A stretch of 64,000 nucleotides of DNA, from the NCBI GenBank assembly GCA_045637805.1, contig JAZUAE010000018.1:9703-73702 (forward strand), read 5' to 3'. This document shows, piece after piece, positions 1 through 9,162 of the stretch. The stretch comes from Clostridia bacterium. GTDB lineage: Bacteria; Bacillota; Clostridia; Christensenellales; UBA1242. A program made the position numbers and the translations under genes. The notes under the pieces were generated by a model that was not told the origin of the DNA, ran no database searches, and worked only from the letters and a program-made list of their open reading frames with translations. The first letter of the stretch is position 1; every line of letters starts with the position of its first letter.

Positions 1-214
1 CACCAATAATGAAATATGCATGTTCATCACTGTTACTCACATATGGGTTTTTATTTAATACCGCGTCACAGAAGTTATACAATAATAGGCCTTGCTCTTG
101 TGGCGATAAAGACTCATTACCATCCATATAAACACTGTATAACAGATCAGCAAATTCTGCTCTTTGTATATCATTCTCCATATTTGCCTGGGTTTTATTT
201 TTCATTTTTGCCAT
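1..214 (-). CDS. hypothetical protein, N-terminal part only (gene runs off window start)
   Basis: ATG at 214-212 with GAGGAG about 10 nt upstream. Frame stays open to base 1 (MAKMKNKTQANMENDIQRAEFADLLYSVYMDG...). Not in ORF track because there is no stop in the window. Confidence 0.3.
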   Translation of the reverse strand, partial: MAKMKNKTQANMENDIQRAEFADLLYSVYMDGNESLSPQEQGLLLYNFCDAVLNKNPYVSNSDEHAYFIIG

Positions 215-444
215 ACATTAAAATCTCCTCATATATTACCAATTTTTATTCACATCTTTTTTTGAAAGCGCAATAGCAAGTTGATCAGCGCAAGATGTAT
301 TTCTCCAACCGCAAATATCACCTTTTAACTTATTTTCTATTTCTCTATCCCACCAGTCTTCGAGTTCCTTGATGGTTGCTATTCTAATTTTTATACTCTC
401 TCTTTATTTAAGTATAATTTATTTTAAAACATTTATCAACCTTT

Positions 445-2094
445 TTAACCCTTTCTGTTTTTATAATAATCATAGTTTCCATAATATGTTGTAATTTTAC
501 CATTATCAAACTCTATAACTTTATCGGCAAAATTATTAATAAAATATCTATCATGCGATACAAACAAAATTGTCCCCTCAAAATCTTCTATAGCTTTTTC
601 AACAGCTTCTTTTGTTTGCAAATCTATATGGTTAGTAGGCTCATCAAACACAAGACAATTTACTTGTTGCTGCAATAAAATAGCCAGTTTTAGCCTGATT
701 TTTTCGCCACCTGACAAATTCTTCACAAGTTTATTTATATCAGCGTTAGAAAAGTAAAAATTAGCCAAAATTCGTCTAGCCTTTTCTTCATGAATACTTA
801 TTTCTTCAATAAAACAATCTAAAACCTTGTCTTTTTCGTTTTTAAAATTTATCGTTTGAGGCAAATATCCAACCTTTACGCTCGGCCCAACAAAAATTTC
901 ACCCTCACTGTTTAATTCACTTTTTCCAAGTAGAGATTTTACAAACGTAGACTTACCACTACCATTTGCTCCGATTAGTGCAATTCTTTCACCTGCTGTT
1001 ATTATAAAGTTAATATTGTTTAATATGGTTTTTCCACTTGGTAAAATCACTGAAAAGTTACGAGCTTCAAATATTCTTTTGCTTGATTTCGCATCTTCAT
1101 TAAACTTTAATTTTACTTTATTATCTTCCTTAGGTCTTTCAATTTTTTTAGCCAGCAATCTATCTAATTGAGTTTGAAGTGCGTGCGCTCTATCACAAAG
1201 AGTTGAACTATTTTTAGCCATTCCCATTGTTGAAAAATACTTAATTTGTTCTTGTAATCTTTTTATAACTATTTGCTGGTCTTTATAGTCAGCCATTGCT
1301 TTTTCAAACTCTTTATCGCGTTCTTTTAAATAGCCACTATAATTTGTATTATAAACTTTTGCTGTAAGCCCTGATAAATCTATAATTTTTGTAGACATTT
1401 TATCTAGGAAATATCTATCATGCGAAACAATAACACTTGCACCTTTAAAAGATTTTATATAACTTTCAAGCCATTCAATTCGATTAATATCCAAGTGATT
1501 AGTAGGCTCATCGAGCAAAAGCAATTTTGGTTTCTGCAAAAGAACCTTTGCAAGTTCAACAAGAGTCTTTTCTCCACCACTGAGTGTTGAATATTCCTGG
1601 TCAAGTTTATCCATTATTTTAAGCCCACTACAAACAGTATTAATTGCGACATCTATGTCATACCCACCTTTTCTTGAAAACTCTTCAATTAATAGACAGT
1701 ATGAAGATAACACCTTTTCATGCTCGCCACTTCTAGTAGTATCCGATAAAATGTCTTCATATTTTTTCAATCTTTTTCTCATTTCCTCTAAATGTGGGAA
1801 TGCATCTTTAAGAGTGTCTCTCACATTTCTTGAATCTAGCTTATCTGAAGCAGTTTGATCCAAATATGCAACGCTTGCATCTTTACTAATATTAACAGAG
1901 CCAGAATCTCCTTTTATTTTTCCTGCAATAATTTTCAAAAGCGAAGATTTACCACAACCATTAGGACCAACGATTGATATAGAATCTCCTTCATTAAGAG
2001 TAAAAGATAAATCCTCAAATAGTTTTCCATAGCCAAAATTTAAACTCAATTTATTAATATCTAAAATAATCATATATGTTCTCCTTTTGGGCAA
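445..2094 (-). CDS. ABC-F family ATPase (two ABC domains, no transmembrane domain); possible ribosome-protection/ARE type
   Basis: Two Walker A motifs (GPNGCGKSS, GANGSGKST). Two LSGGEK signatures. Two Walker B motifs (LLLLDEPTNHLD, LVFDEPTNHID). Charged inter-domain linker. No hydrophobic segments. Confidence 0.9.
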   Translation of the reverse strand: MPKRRTYMIILDINKLSLNFGYGKLFEDLSFTLNEGDSISIVGPNGCGKSSLLKIIAGKIKGDSGSVNISKDASVAYLDQTASDKLDSRNVRDTLKDAFPHLEEMRKRLKKYEDILSDTTRSGEHEKVLSSYCLLIEEFSRKGGYDIDVAINTVCSGLKIMDKLDQEYSTLSGGEKTLVELAKVLLQKPKLLLLDEPTNHLDINRIEWLESYIKSFKGASVIVSHDRYFLDKMSTKIIDLSGLTAKVYNTNYSGYLKERDKEFEKAMADYKDQQIVIKRLQEQIKYFSTMGMAKNSSTLCDRAHALQTQLDRLLAKKIERPKEDNKVKLKFNEDAKSSKRIFEARNFSVILPSGKTILNNINFIITAGERIALIGANGSGKSTFVKSLLGKSELNSEGEIFVGPSVKVGYLPQTINFKNEKDKVLDCFIEEISIHEEKARRILANFYFSNADINKLVKNLSGGEKIRLKLAILLQQQVNCLVFDEPTNHIDLQTKEAVEKAIEDFEGTILFVSHDRYFINNFADKVIEFDNGKITTYYGNYDYYKNRKG

Positions 2095-2104
2095 TTTTTA
2101 TTCA

Positions 2105-2178
2105 AATAAAAAATTTGCCACACATAATTTTTTGTAGTTTTTTTTCAAATCCAAAAAAGCATGCTATATGGCAAATTT
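2105..2178 (-). promoter_or_regulatory. long-range hairpin plus U-run in the ABC-F 5' leader (second terminator/attenuator element)
   Basis: AAATTTGCCA (2111-2120) and TGGCAAATTT (2169-2178) are perfect complements. On the minus strand the 3' arm is followed by TTTTTTATTT. The element lies between the leader uORF and the ABC-F SD. Confidence 0.3.
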
Positions 2179-2212
2179 AAAGCACAAGATTATTTTATAA
2201 AATTCTTCGCAC

Positions 2213-2243
2213 TAAAAACCTACATATAGCAACTATATGTAGG
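2213..2243 (-). terminator. intrinsic terminator overlapping the end of the leader uORF
   Basis: Perfect 11-bp stem CCTACATATAG/CTATATGTAGG with loop TTG, followed by TTTTT on the minus strand. Confidence 0.6.
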
Positions 2244-2279
2244 AACATCATGCCTCAGAATTTTATCAAAATAACTCAT
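2220..2279 (-). CDS. 19-aa leader peptide (MSYFDKILRHDVPTYSCYM) upstream of the ABC-F gene
   Basis: AAAGGAGA SD 6 nt upstream of the ATG. The last 8 codons span the whole terminator hairpin. This is the classic translation-coupled attenuator layout. Confidence 0.45.
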   Translation of the reverse strand: MSYFDKILRHDVPTYSCYM

Positions 2280-2602
2280 ATTATTTCTCCTTTTATATTT
2301 TTAATATACAACCACAAATCGACTTTGTCAAGTAAAGAATAAAATCCCAACTTATATAAGTAAATACTATTTTTCTAAATTTCTTCCTTTTTTTTATTAT
2401 TTAACATGCTGAATAAGCAATATGCCTTACATAAACAATTGTCAAACATTAACAAATGATAAAACACGCAAATATAACTGTTAAAAAAACAATCCAGCGG
2501 ATTGTTTTCTTTACGATCTTCTCCATCATGAGTAGTTCGAGTTCTATACTTAACCAAACAAATAGTCTACTTTAAATATTAATTTTATTTTCTGATAAAT
2601 TT

Positions 2603-3850
2603 TTATCTATTTAAATTTTGTAATATTTCATTCATATTACATTCTATATAATTTTTAAATATTTCTTTAACATACCTTTCACTAAACATACAGAACGGCT
2701 TGTTTTGTAAATATTCATTTCTACATCCAAAATTGCAAAGTGGAAGCATATTACAATCTAAACATTTCTTAGGCATCTTTGGAGCACACCAACGTGCCGT
2801 ATTGTATTCATTTGTGTTGTTGTATACATCTCCCACTTTTAAGTTGTTATTTTTAATCTCTTTAGAACACTTAAACAAGTCACCATTTGGCATAATAACA
2901 AAATTAGATAAAATATATGCCGGGCATATTTTATATCTTGGTTTTAGACGATTTATAATATCATTTTGAAGACCACACTTCATTAATTTTCTTAAAATCA
3001 AAATGTCTTCCTTTTCAGAAGATACCAAATCATTATTCCTATCGTCATACATTATTTTTCTAGCTGATACAAAAACATTTTTATACTTAGAGAATTTTTC
3101 AGATAAAAAATCTATCAATTCCATCAATTCATCTAAATTATATGTATCATAGTTGAGACGTATATTTACAAAAATATTATTAGTTAGAAGTTTTTCTATA
3201 GTTCCAATAACCCTTTCAAATGCATTTGGCTCATTAAATAGTTTAACCTTTTCATAGGTCTCTTTTAAACCATCAAGCGTAATTTGTACAGTCTGCAAAT
3301 TCCACACATTTTTAGCTCTACTGATGAGTTGATCATCAAAAATATAACCATTAGATATCATTTTGCTAAAAACAGTGTAACCTTGCCCATTTAGTTTTTC
3401 ACATATATATGTGATAATATGATGATTTACTAGTGGCTCGCCACCAAACCATTCAATAGTTAAACTTTTATTTTCTTTATTTTGGTTAATTATAAAATCA
3501 CAGACCTTATCTGCTGTTTTTTCATCCATTGTTTGAACTTCAACACCCTTTTCATAGCAATAAAAACACTTAGCATTACAAGCCGTAGTAGTTAAAATTC
3601 TATAAAAAGAAGATTTATCTTCTTCAAGCACTTTTCTGCTATTGTAAAGAAACAATTCTGTTTCATCAACTTCATCTTCAACATAAAATCCCAATTCTAC
3701 AAAATTATTAAAATATGTAGAATTTGTATCCATGTTACAAAATTCAGCATAGTTTTTATCATTTAAAATAACACAAGTGTAATTTAATGAATTAAAAATT
3801 AAATTTGCACCACTATTTGAAACAATTACATTATACTTAGACTTTTTCAT
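2603..3850 (-). CDS. radical SAM/SPASM-domain peptide maturase
   Basis: CNAKCFYC (CX3CX2C) radical SAM motif. GGEPL motif. C-terminal Cys-rich SPASM-like region (CPAY...KC...CAPKMPKKCLDCNMLPLCNFGCRNE). About 85-aa N-terminal extension compatible with a peptide-recognition (RRE-like) domain. Confidence 0.9.
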   Translation of the reverse strand: MKKSKYNVIVSNSGANLIFNSLNYTCVILNDKNYAEFCNMDTNSTYFNNFVELGFYVEDEVDETELFLYNSRKVLEEDKSSFYRILTTTACNAKCFYCYEKGVEVQTMDEKTADKVCDFIINQNKENKSLTIEWFGGEPLVNHHIITYICEKLNGQGYTVFSKMISNGYIFDDQLISRAKNVWNLQTVQITLDGLKETYEKVKLFNEPNAFERVIGTIEKLLTNNIFVNIRLNYDTYNLDELMELIDFLSEKFSKYKNVFVSARKIMYDDRNNDLVSSEKEDILILRKLMKCGLQNDIINRLKPRYKICPAYILSNFVIMPNGDLFKCSKEIKNNNLKVGDVYNNTNEYNTARWCAPKMPKKCLDCNMLPLCNFGCRNEYLQNKPFCMFSERYVKEIFKNYIECNMNEILQNLNR

Positions 3851-3910
3851 ACTCTCTCCTATTAGTAAAATAAAAAAAGTCTAAAGAAAGAATCTTTAGA
3901 CCATTGCCAA

Positions 3911-4015
3911 CTAGTCGTTCATTAATTGAGAACAATCTGGACCAGAACCACCAGGGCAGTTGCAAGACATACTTACAACATGTGATAATTGCATTTTCTT
4001 TAATACAAAAAACAT
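3911..4015 (-). CDS. 34-aa Cys-rich RiPP precursor candidate MFFVLKKMQLSHVVSMSCNCPGGSGPDCSQLMND
   Basis: AGGAGG 8 nt upstream of the ATG. Lies 60 nt upstream of the rSAM/SPASM gene on the same strand. Three Cys in the C-terminal core. The ORF-track entry 3837..4052 is a different frame covering the SD. Confidence 0.6.
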   Translation of the reverse strand: MFFVLKKMQLSHVVSMSCNCPGGSGPDCSQLMND

Positions 4016-4128
4016 AACACTTACCTCCTATTTGGTATCTTAAGTTTAACATAAAAAGTCAATCTTGTAAACATTTATTTATGTAATTTCTAAAATTAAT
4101 CTTTTACAACACTAGAACGAAAATACTC

Positions 4129-4197
4129 CTAGCCATCAGTAGAATATGAAGACACATTCGCTAATTGCATTTTCTTTAATATTGAAAACTTAAACAT
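4129..4197 (-). CDS. 22-aa paralogous leader-only peptide MFKFSILKKMQLANVSSYSTDG (core lacking Cys)
   Basis: DNA and peptide similarity to the 5' half of the 3911..4015 gene (shared ...LKKMQL..V.S). Weak SD (GGAAG) with short spacing. Stop falls before any Cys. Confidence 0.3.
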   Translation of the reverse strand: MFKFSILKKMQLANVSSYSTDG

Positions 4198-4227
4198 GCT
4201 TCCTATTTTTAAACTAACATAATAAAA

Positions 4228-4632
4228 TTATTGCATTTTTAACTTATTATATATTTCTTGAATTTCATTTTTTGCACCATAGAATTTTGGCCACGCATCT
4301 ATGTTGTCATTTTTCTTACGTGGAATAATATGCACATGAAAATGCGCTACGGTTTGACCAGCACTTTCGTCACTTGCATTGAGCAAGTTAACCCCATCAT
4401 ATCCACAATTATTTACACAATGACTTGAAACTTTTTTTACAGTATCCATTAATTGCGTTAAGGTTTCCATATCACAGTCAAGAATATTTTTTACATGCTT
4501 TTTAGGTATTGCAACCATATGTCCATCAACATCTTTTGCAATATCCATAAAGACTAATGTATGTTCGTCCTCATACACTTTTAGACTTGGAATATCCCCT
4601 CTTATAATCTTACAAAAAACACAATTATCCAT
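4228..4632 (-). CDS. HIT (histidine triad) family hydrolase
   Basis: HFHVHIIPR histidine-triad motif. Typical length of about 134 aa. Confidence 0.9.
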   Translation of the reverse strand: MDNCVFCKIIRGDIPSLKVYEDEHTLVFMDIAKDVDGHMVAIPKKHVKNILDCDMETLTQLMDTVKKVSSHCVNNCGYDGVNLLNASDESAGQTVAHFHVHIIPRKKNDNIDAWPKFYGAKNEIQEIYNKLKMQ

Positions 4633-4673
4633 TTGCTATTCCTCCAAATTAACACAAATTAAAAACATTAAAT

Positions 4674-4994
4674 CTATCTTCCGCTTCCTAAATGTCCCTT
4701 TTCTTCAAAACGTTTTTTCATTTTTTGAAGAACAATATCTAAACATTCATCAGCATAAAAATCCAACTCATCAGCAAGAGATAGAAGTGAATACAAAACA
4801 TCTCCAAATTCTTCTTTAAAGTCATCACTTAGTTTAAATTCTTCAGCACCATAGTTAGAGTTCTTTAAATATTCTTTTGCTAATTCTCCTAATTCACTTT
4901 GAATATCTGAAAGTCTAGCAAAAACAGGCATCGGATCAAAAGTCTTAATTTTATTAAATTCTTTTACTTTATTTTGCATAAGATTATCCTCCAC
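4674..4994 (-). CDS. MazG-like nucleotide pyrophosphohydrolase domain protein
   Basis: EELGELAKE and EEFGDVLYSLLSLADEL helices, typical of the MazG/all-alpha NTP-PPase fold. 106 aa. Confidence 0.7.
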   Translation of the reverse strand: MEDNLMQNKVKEFNKIKTFDPMPVFARLSDIQSELGELAKEYLKNSNYGAEEFKLSDDFKEEFGDVLYSLLSLADELDFYADECLDIVLQKMKKRFEEKGHLGSGR

Positions 4995-5055
4995 ACTTTC
5001 AAATTATATATTACCAAAAAACTTATGTCAAACTTCTATATATCAAATCTCAATT

Positions 5056-5105
5056 ACAAAATAAAAAGACTAAAGCATATTCTCGCTTTAGTCTTTTTAT
5101 GGTGC
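5056..5105. repeat. copy 1 of a 48-50 bp direct repeat (terminator hairpin plus TATGGTGC)
   Basis: ACAAAATAAAAAGACTAAAGCATATTCTCGCTTTAGTCTTTTTATGGTGC. Near-identical to 9163-9210. The hairpin AAAGACTAAAGC/GCTTTAGTCTTT with flanking A/T runs also serves as terminator of the 5202..6119 gene. Confidence 0.7.
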
Positions 5106-5201
5106 ACCATATTGAGTCTAAATCGAACATTTTCCAATTTTTGTTTCTCATGCATAGATAATTTATTTATAAACACATATTTCCCCTATTTTGCACCTCT
5201 A

Positions 5202-6119
5202 CTACCACTTCTTTTCATCTAATGATTCTTGTATAATTTTTTTACATTCATCTTTTACCGCAACGGCCTTATCAATCTGTTCATTACTTGCACCAAAATG
5301 CATATTTTCTGCTATAAAATCACAACTATCCATAACTTTCTTTGTAGCAGTATCACCTAACACATCAACAAACACTTTGTTAGAATTTTTTAGTTTACAT
5401 TCACATATTTCATGTTTGTATTCATTATAAAAATCTTTCATAAAAATATCTGGTGCCCAATAAATTCCACTATTAATAAACGTTCTTTCCAATTTTTGTT
5501 GTCCTTGCAACATTGGACAACCATTTTCTAGTAAATAGTTATATATATCAACTGCGATTTTGTCTGTAAAATATTCATTAAACATTTTGTTTTCTTTACT
5601 ATGATCTTTATTTATTTTTTCAAACCCACTACAATCTAAGCCATCTATGGTATTACCATCAATAGCGTGTATCAATTCATGAATGAGTCTAGGATAAAAA
5701 TTTTTATCACACATATCAATAAATACAATAGGTATTTTGCCCTTATGTTTAGATTCTGCAATAGAACAAGATGACTGATTCTTTTTTTCTAAGATATTAT
5801 CTTTAACCATATTTGAAAAATCATTCTTATCACTATCATCAATAGCCTCATCATCTATGGATTCCAATTTTTTAAACAAAATTTCTAGTTGTTCATCTAT
5901 TTCTTTTTCCTTATTTTTACTTTTAGAAAAATAAGGAAAAAATATAGTGTTTTGTATCCTAGTTTTTATAAAATCTATATTTTGTTCACCATAAAACTGT
6001 TCAAACGCTTTTAATAAATATGGCAAAAATTCGCTAATAGCTATTTTATCTAAACATTTTGGTTCAACAAAACCCGTCTTAGTTGTTTCATTTTTGTATT
6101 TTTCACGTTGTATTGTCAT
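5202..6119 (-). CDS. hypothetical protein with HExxH zinc-metallopeptidase-like motif
   Basis: LIHELIHAIDG motif. Start moved to the internal ATG at 6119 (AGAGGAAA SD). No other family recognised. Confidence 0.5.
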   Translation of the reverse strand: MTIQREKYKNETTKTGFVEPKCLDKIAISEFLPYLLKAFEQFYGEQNIDFIKTRIQNTIFFPYFSKSKNKEKEIDEQLEILFKKLESIDDEAIDDSDKNDFSNMVKDNILEKKNQSSCSIAESKHKGKIPIVFIDMCDKNFYPRLIHELIHAIDGNTIDGLDCSGFEKINKDHSKENKMFNEYFTDKIAVDIYNYLLENGCPMLQGQQKLERTFINSGIYWAPDIFMKDFYNEYKHEICECKLKNSNKVFVDVLGDTATKKVMDSCDFIAENMHFGASNEQIDKAVAVKDECKKIIQESLDEKKW

Positions 6120-6372
6120 ATCTTTTTCCTCTTTTTCTATAATATTGCATAAACAAGGTATAGTCAATCATTTCATAACAATTCCCCTCATATTTTACAA
6201 AACAAAAATACCAGATATATTACATTCATGAAAAGGAAAAGCAACGCATAAAAAAGCCAAACAAGTTTACTTATTCGGCTTTACCAAATTATTTACATAA
6301 TTATAGATATTCTGTAAATCTAATCTTTATTAATACTTTTTATATTTTGGAATACAAAATCTATATGTTTAG

Positions 6373-7362
6373 TTACATTTCTCTATATTGGTTTTGTTTT
6401 TTTCTATCTTTTGTCATTTGGATTTTTTTCCATTCAGGAACACCAGTCAATTCTTGTTGAATCTCTTTTCTAGATTGCTCTTTTCTCTTAAATTTTAGAT
6501 ATCTATTAAACAATGCTTCATCTAATTTTCCATTTTCTATCGCTTCACGAATTGCACACCCTTTTACACCTTCAGCATGAGTACAATGTGAAAACTTACA
6601 ATGAGATTCAAGTTCAATTATTTCTCCAAATACCTCATTAATACCTTCACTGTTTTCTTCTTTTGAAACACCAACAGCTCTAACCCCTGGTGTATCAATT
6701 ACAATTCTACCATCATCAATATAGAACAAATTTCTAGATGTTGTTGTGTGTCTACCCTTTGCATCTTTGTCTCTAATTTCCCCAGTTTTCATTAAATTTT
6801 TATTAGCCAATGCATTAATTAACGTAGATTTACCAACACCAGAACTTCCAATAAATATAGCCGTTTCACCAGGAGCCCAAAGTTTTAAAACATCATCAAC
6901 ACCATCATTTTCAATTGTACTAGTTGATACAACAGAACTGTTTGGAAACCTTGCCTTAACCACATCTTCAAACACTTCTGGCATATAACATAAATCTTTT
7001 TTTGTCAAAATAAAACAAAGTTTCGATTCTGGAATATTACCTAAAATTGCAAATCTTTCAAGTTTTCCAATGTTAAATTCATTATTCATACTACTAACAA
7101 CAAACACTACGTCAATATTTGATGCTATTTGTTGTTTTTTGCCATTATTCATTCTAAAAAGTTCATTTTTACGAGCACCTATATCTGTAATAAAATAATG
7201 GCCATACTCATCAACTCTAACGGAAATATTGTCTCCAACACAAGGCAAATCTTGGTTTTTATAAGATCTATCTAGCTGTGCATAATATACCTCACCATTA
7301 TTATTAAATTCCCACAAATTTCTTTGAACTGAACTACATTTTGCATTAAACGTATTATTCAT
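6373..7362 (-). CDS. rsgA: RsgA/YjeQ-like circularly permuted ribosome-associated GTPase
   Basis: G4 LTKKD precedes G1 GSSGVGKST and G3 DTPG (permuted order). C-terminal zinc knuckle CKFSHCTHAEGVKGC. The ATG overlaps the upstream rSAM stop (ATGAATAA). Confidence 0.85.
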   Translation of the reverse strand: MNNTFNAKCSSVQRNLWEFNNNGEVYYAQLDRSYKNQDLPCVGDNISVRVDEYGHYFITDIGARKNELFRMNNGKKQQIASNIDVVFVVSSMNNEFNIGKLERFAILGNIPESKLCFILTKKDLCYMPEVFEDVVKARFPNSSVVSTSTIENDGVDDVLKLWAPGETAIFIGSSGVGKSTLINALANKNLMKTGEIRDKDAKGRHTTTSRNLFYIDDGRIVIDTPGVRAVGVSKEENSEGINEVFGEIIELESHCKFSHCTHAEGVKGCAIREAIENGKLDEALFNRYLKFKRKEQSRKEIQQELTGVPEWKKIQMTKDRKKQNQYREM

Positions 7363-8748
7363 GTAATAATTCCCCCTTTAATTTCTTTAACAACGCTTTA
7401 CAATTAATAAAAAACTTTTTAGATTTTTCTTTCAACTCACTTCTGTTGTTAATATTAGCAACTAATAAATCTAAATAGTTGTATGGCATTGTTTTGAGCA
7501 TTATTAATGTCTGATTATCAATCAAATTTGTCGATAAGACTTTTTCAATATCATAACCAAACTCTACAAAAAACTTGGTTAGCTTTTTAAATATGAATCC
7601 AACATCTTTATTTATAAAATAATTTCGCTCATTGAACTTACCATAATCATCTTTTACTTTTGTTCCAGGATAAGCAATTACTTTTTTATAAATTAGTGTT
7701 GGATAATACCCCCATAATTCATTTTCTTTAAAAAACGATAAATTTTCTTTAACTTCGTTTATACTAGTATACCTGTCAAACATAATAAAACCAATACCTA
7801 TATTGATTTTTGATTCTCGTAACATTTTTATAGCCTTAACATTTTCTTCTACTGTCGTAAATTTTTTATATCTATTTAAAACATTATTTGAACCATTTTC
7901 AATACCAAGTTCAACCGCTGTACATCCATATTCCTTTAGCCCATTTAAGTATTCTTGCCCTGCACTAATAATCTGATTTACTCTCGTTGCGAAAGAAAAC
8001 AACAATGTTTTACCACATTTTTCCTTTATACTTTTTACAATATTTAATGCTCGATTTTTATCAACAAAAAAATTATCATCTATAAATACTAAAAAAATAT
8101 TTTTTTCTTTTTATAAATTTCATAAACTTCATCTGCTATATTTTGTGGGCTTCTGCCTCTCCATTTTAAACTCATACATGGTATTGAACAAAATGCACAC
8201 TTATATGGACAACCTCTACTTGTTGAAATGCCAACATTGATTAGTTCTTCACCTGTTTCTTTATTCTTTCTTGTTGAATATAAATGAAAAGTATCACGAG
8301 TTGGGAAAGGTAAAGAATCCAAATCATTTTCTTGATAAATTGTATTTGTAATAATAATTGAATTATTTATATTTTTATATGAAACACCTTCTAACTTTAT
8401 TGTTGGTTTGGAATTTTTTTCTAAATCTTGTAAAAGTTTAAGAAGCTGAACCTCCCCGTCACCTCGCATTGCAAAATCAAAACAATTGTATTTTCTAATT
8501 ATTTCTTCATGACAAATTGTAGAATGAACACCACCTGCTGAAATAAAAATATTTCTTTTGTATTGTTTTATTTTTTTAGCAATCTTTAACACCCTTTTAA
8601 AACAGCTAGAAAAAATAGAAAAACCAACAAAATTATACGATTTTTCTTTTATTAATTTTATTAAATCACTATCTTTAAAATTATATATAGCAGCATTACA
8701 AAAACCTTCAACAAAAACAACTTTTTCTTTTAACAATAATTCTAACAT
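7355..8748 (-). pseudogene. B12-binding-domain radical SAM enzyme, split by a 1-nt frameshift in an A7 run
   Basis: N-terminal Rossmann-like cobalamin-binding region, then CPYKCAFC. ORF 8089..8805 ends in ...YKKKKIFF*. The adjacent frame continues sensibly (KEKNIFLVFIDDNFFVDKNRALNIVKSIKEKCGKTLLFSFATR...) into ORF 7355..8005. The homopolymer is at 8100-8106. True start is ATG 8748 (AAAGGAG SD). Confidence 0.75.
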
Positions 8749-8764
8749 ATAAACTCCTTTTATT

Positions 8765-8863
8765 TTAGGTGGTTGGATTACATTCATCATCTGGATAACA
8801 TCCACTTAAACGACAAGCAGCTGCAATTCTATCAGAACTTGTAACTTTTGCAATTTTAGACAT
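8765..8863 (-). CDS. 32-aa Cys-containing RiPP precursor candidate MSKIAKVTSSDRIAAACRLSGCYPDDECNPTT
   Basis: GGAGGA 7 nt upstream of the ATG. Stop lies 16 nt before the B12-rSAM start. Three Cys in the C-terminal half. Not in the ORF track. Confidence 0.55.
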   Translation of the reverse strand: MSKIAKVTSSDRIAAACRLSGCYPDDECNPTT

Positions 8864-9162
8864 AATCATATCCTCCTCAAATTAATTAAACCATGAAACT
8901 CTATTTTTGTCATGAATACTCACGATTGTTATTTTTACCAATATTTTTATTTTGTATAGAATTATGTGCATAATTGAATAAATTTATATAATTAAATAAT
9001 TTATGATATTTTCTAACAAAAATTATAAATTTGTATAATTATAATATTATCATTGAAGATAAGTTAAATTAATGCTAACTTAAAAATTAGCGTATACAAA
9101 TTAAATAAAGTATTTAAAAATCTAATATTTAAAATTTTAGATTTTAATTTCCCTTACAAATA

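Noticed and set aside
16-276. Plus-strand ORFs 16..276, 2375..2557 (minus), 4974..5430, 9229..9447 and 42889..43173
   Set aside because: They lie in intergenic or antisense regions, lack an SD, and have a hydrophobic low-complexity composition. They overlap better-supported features (partial minus-strand gene, terminators, tRNA-like fragment).
277-420. About 53-codon minus-strand frame (…IATIKELEDWWDREIENKLKGDICGWRNTSCADQLAIALSKKDVNKNW)
   Set aside because: It has no ATG/GTG/TTG start with an SD after the preceding in-frame stop, so it cannot be supported as a gene from sequence alone.
3837-4052. 71-aa ORF from the track upstream of the rSAM/SPASM gene
   Set aside because: Its frame runs through the AGGAGG SD of the 34-aa Cys-rich ORF and has no SD of its own. 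Its composition looks like out-of-frame translation.
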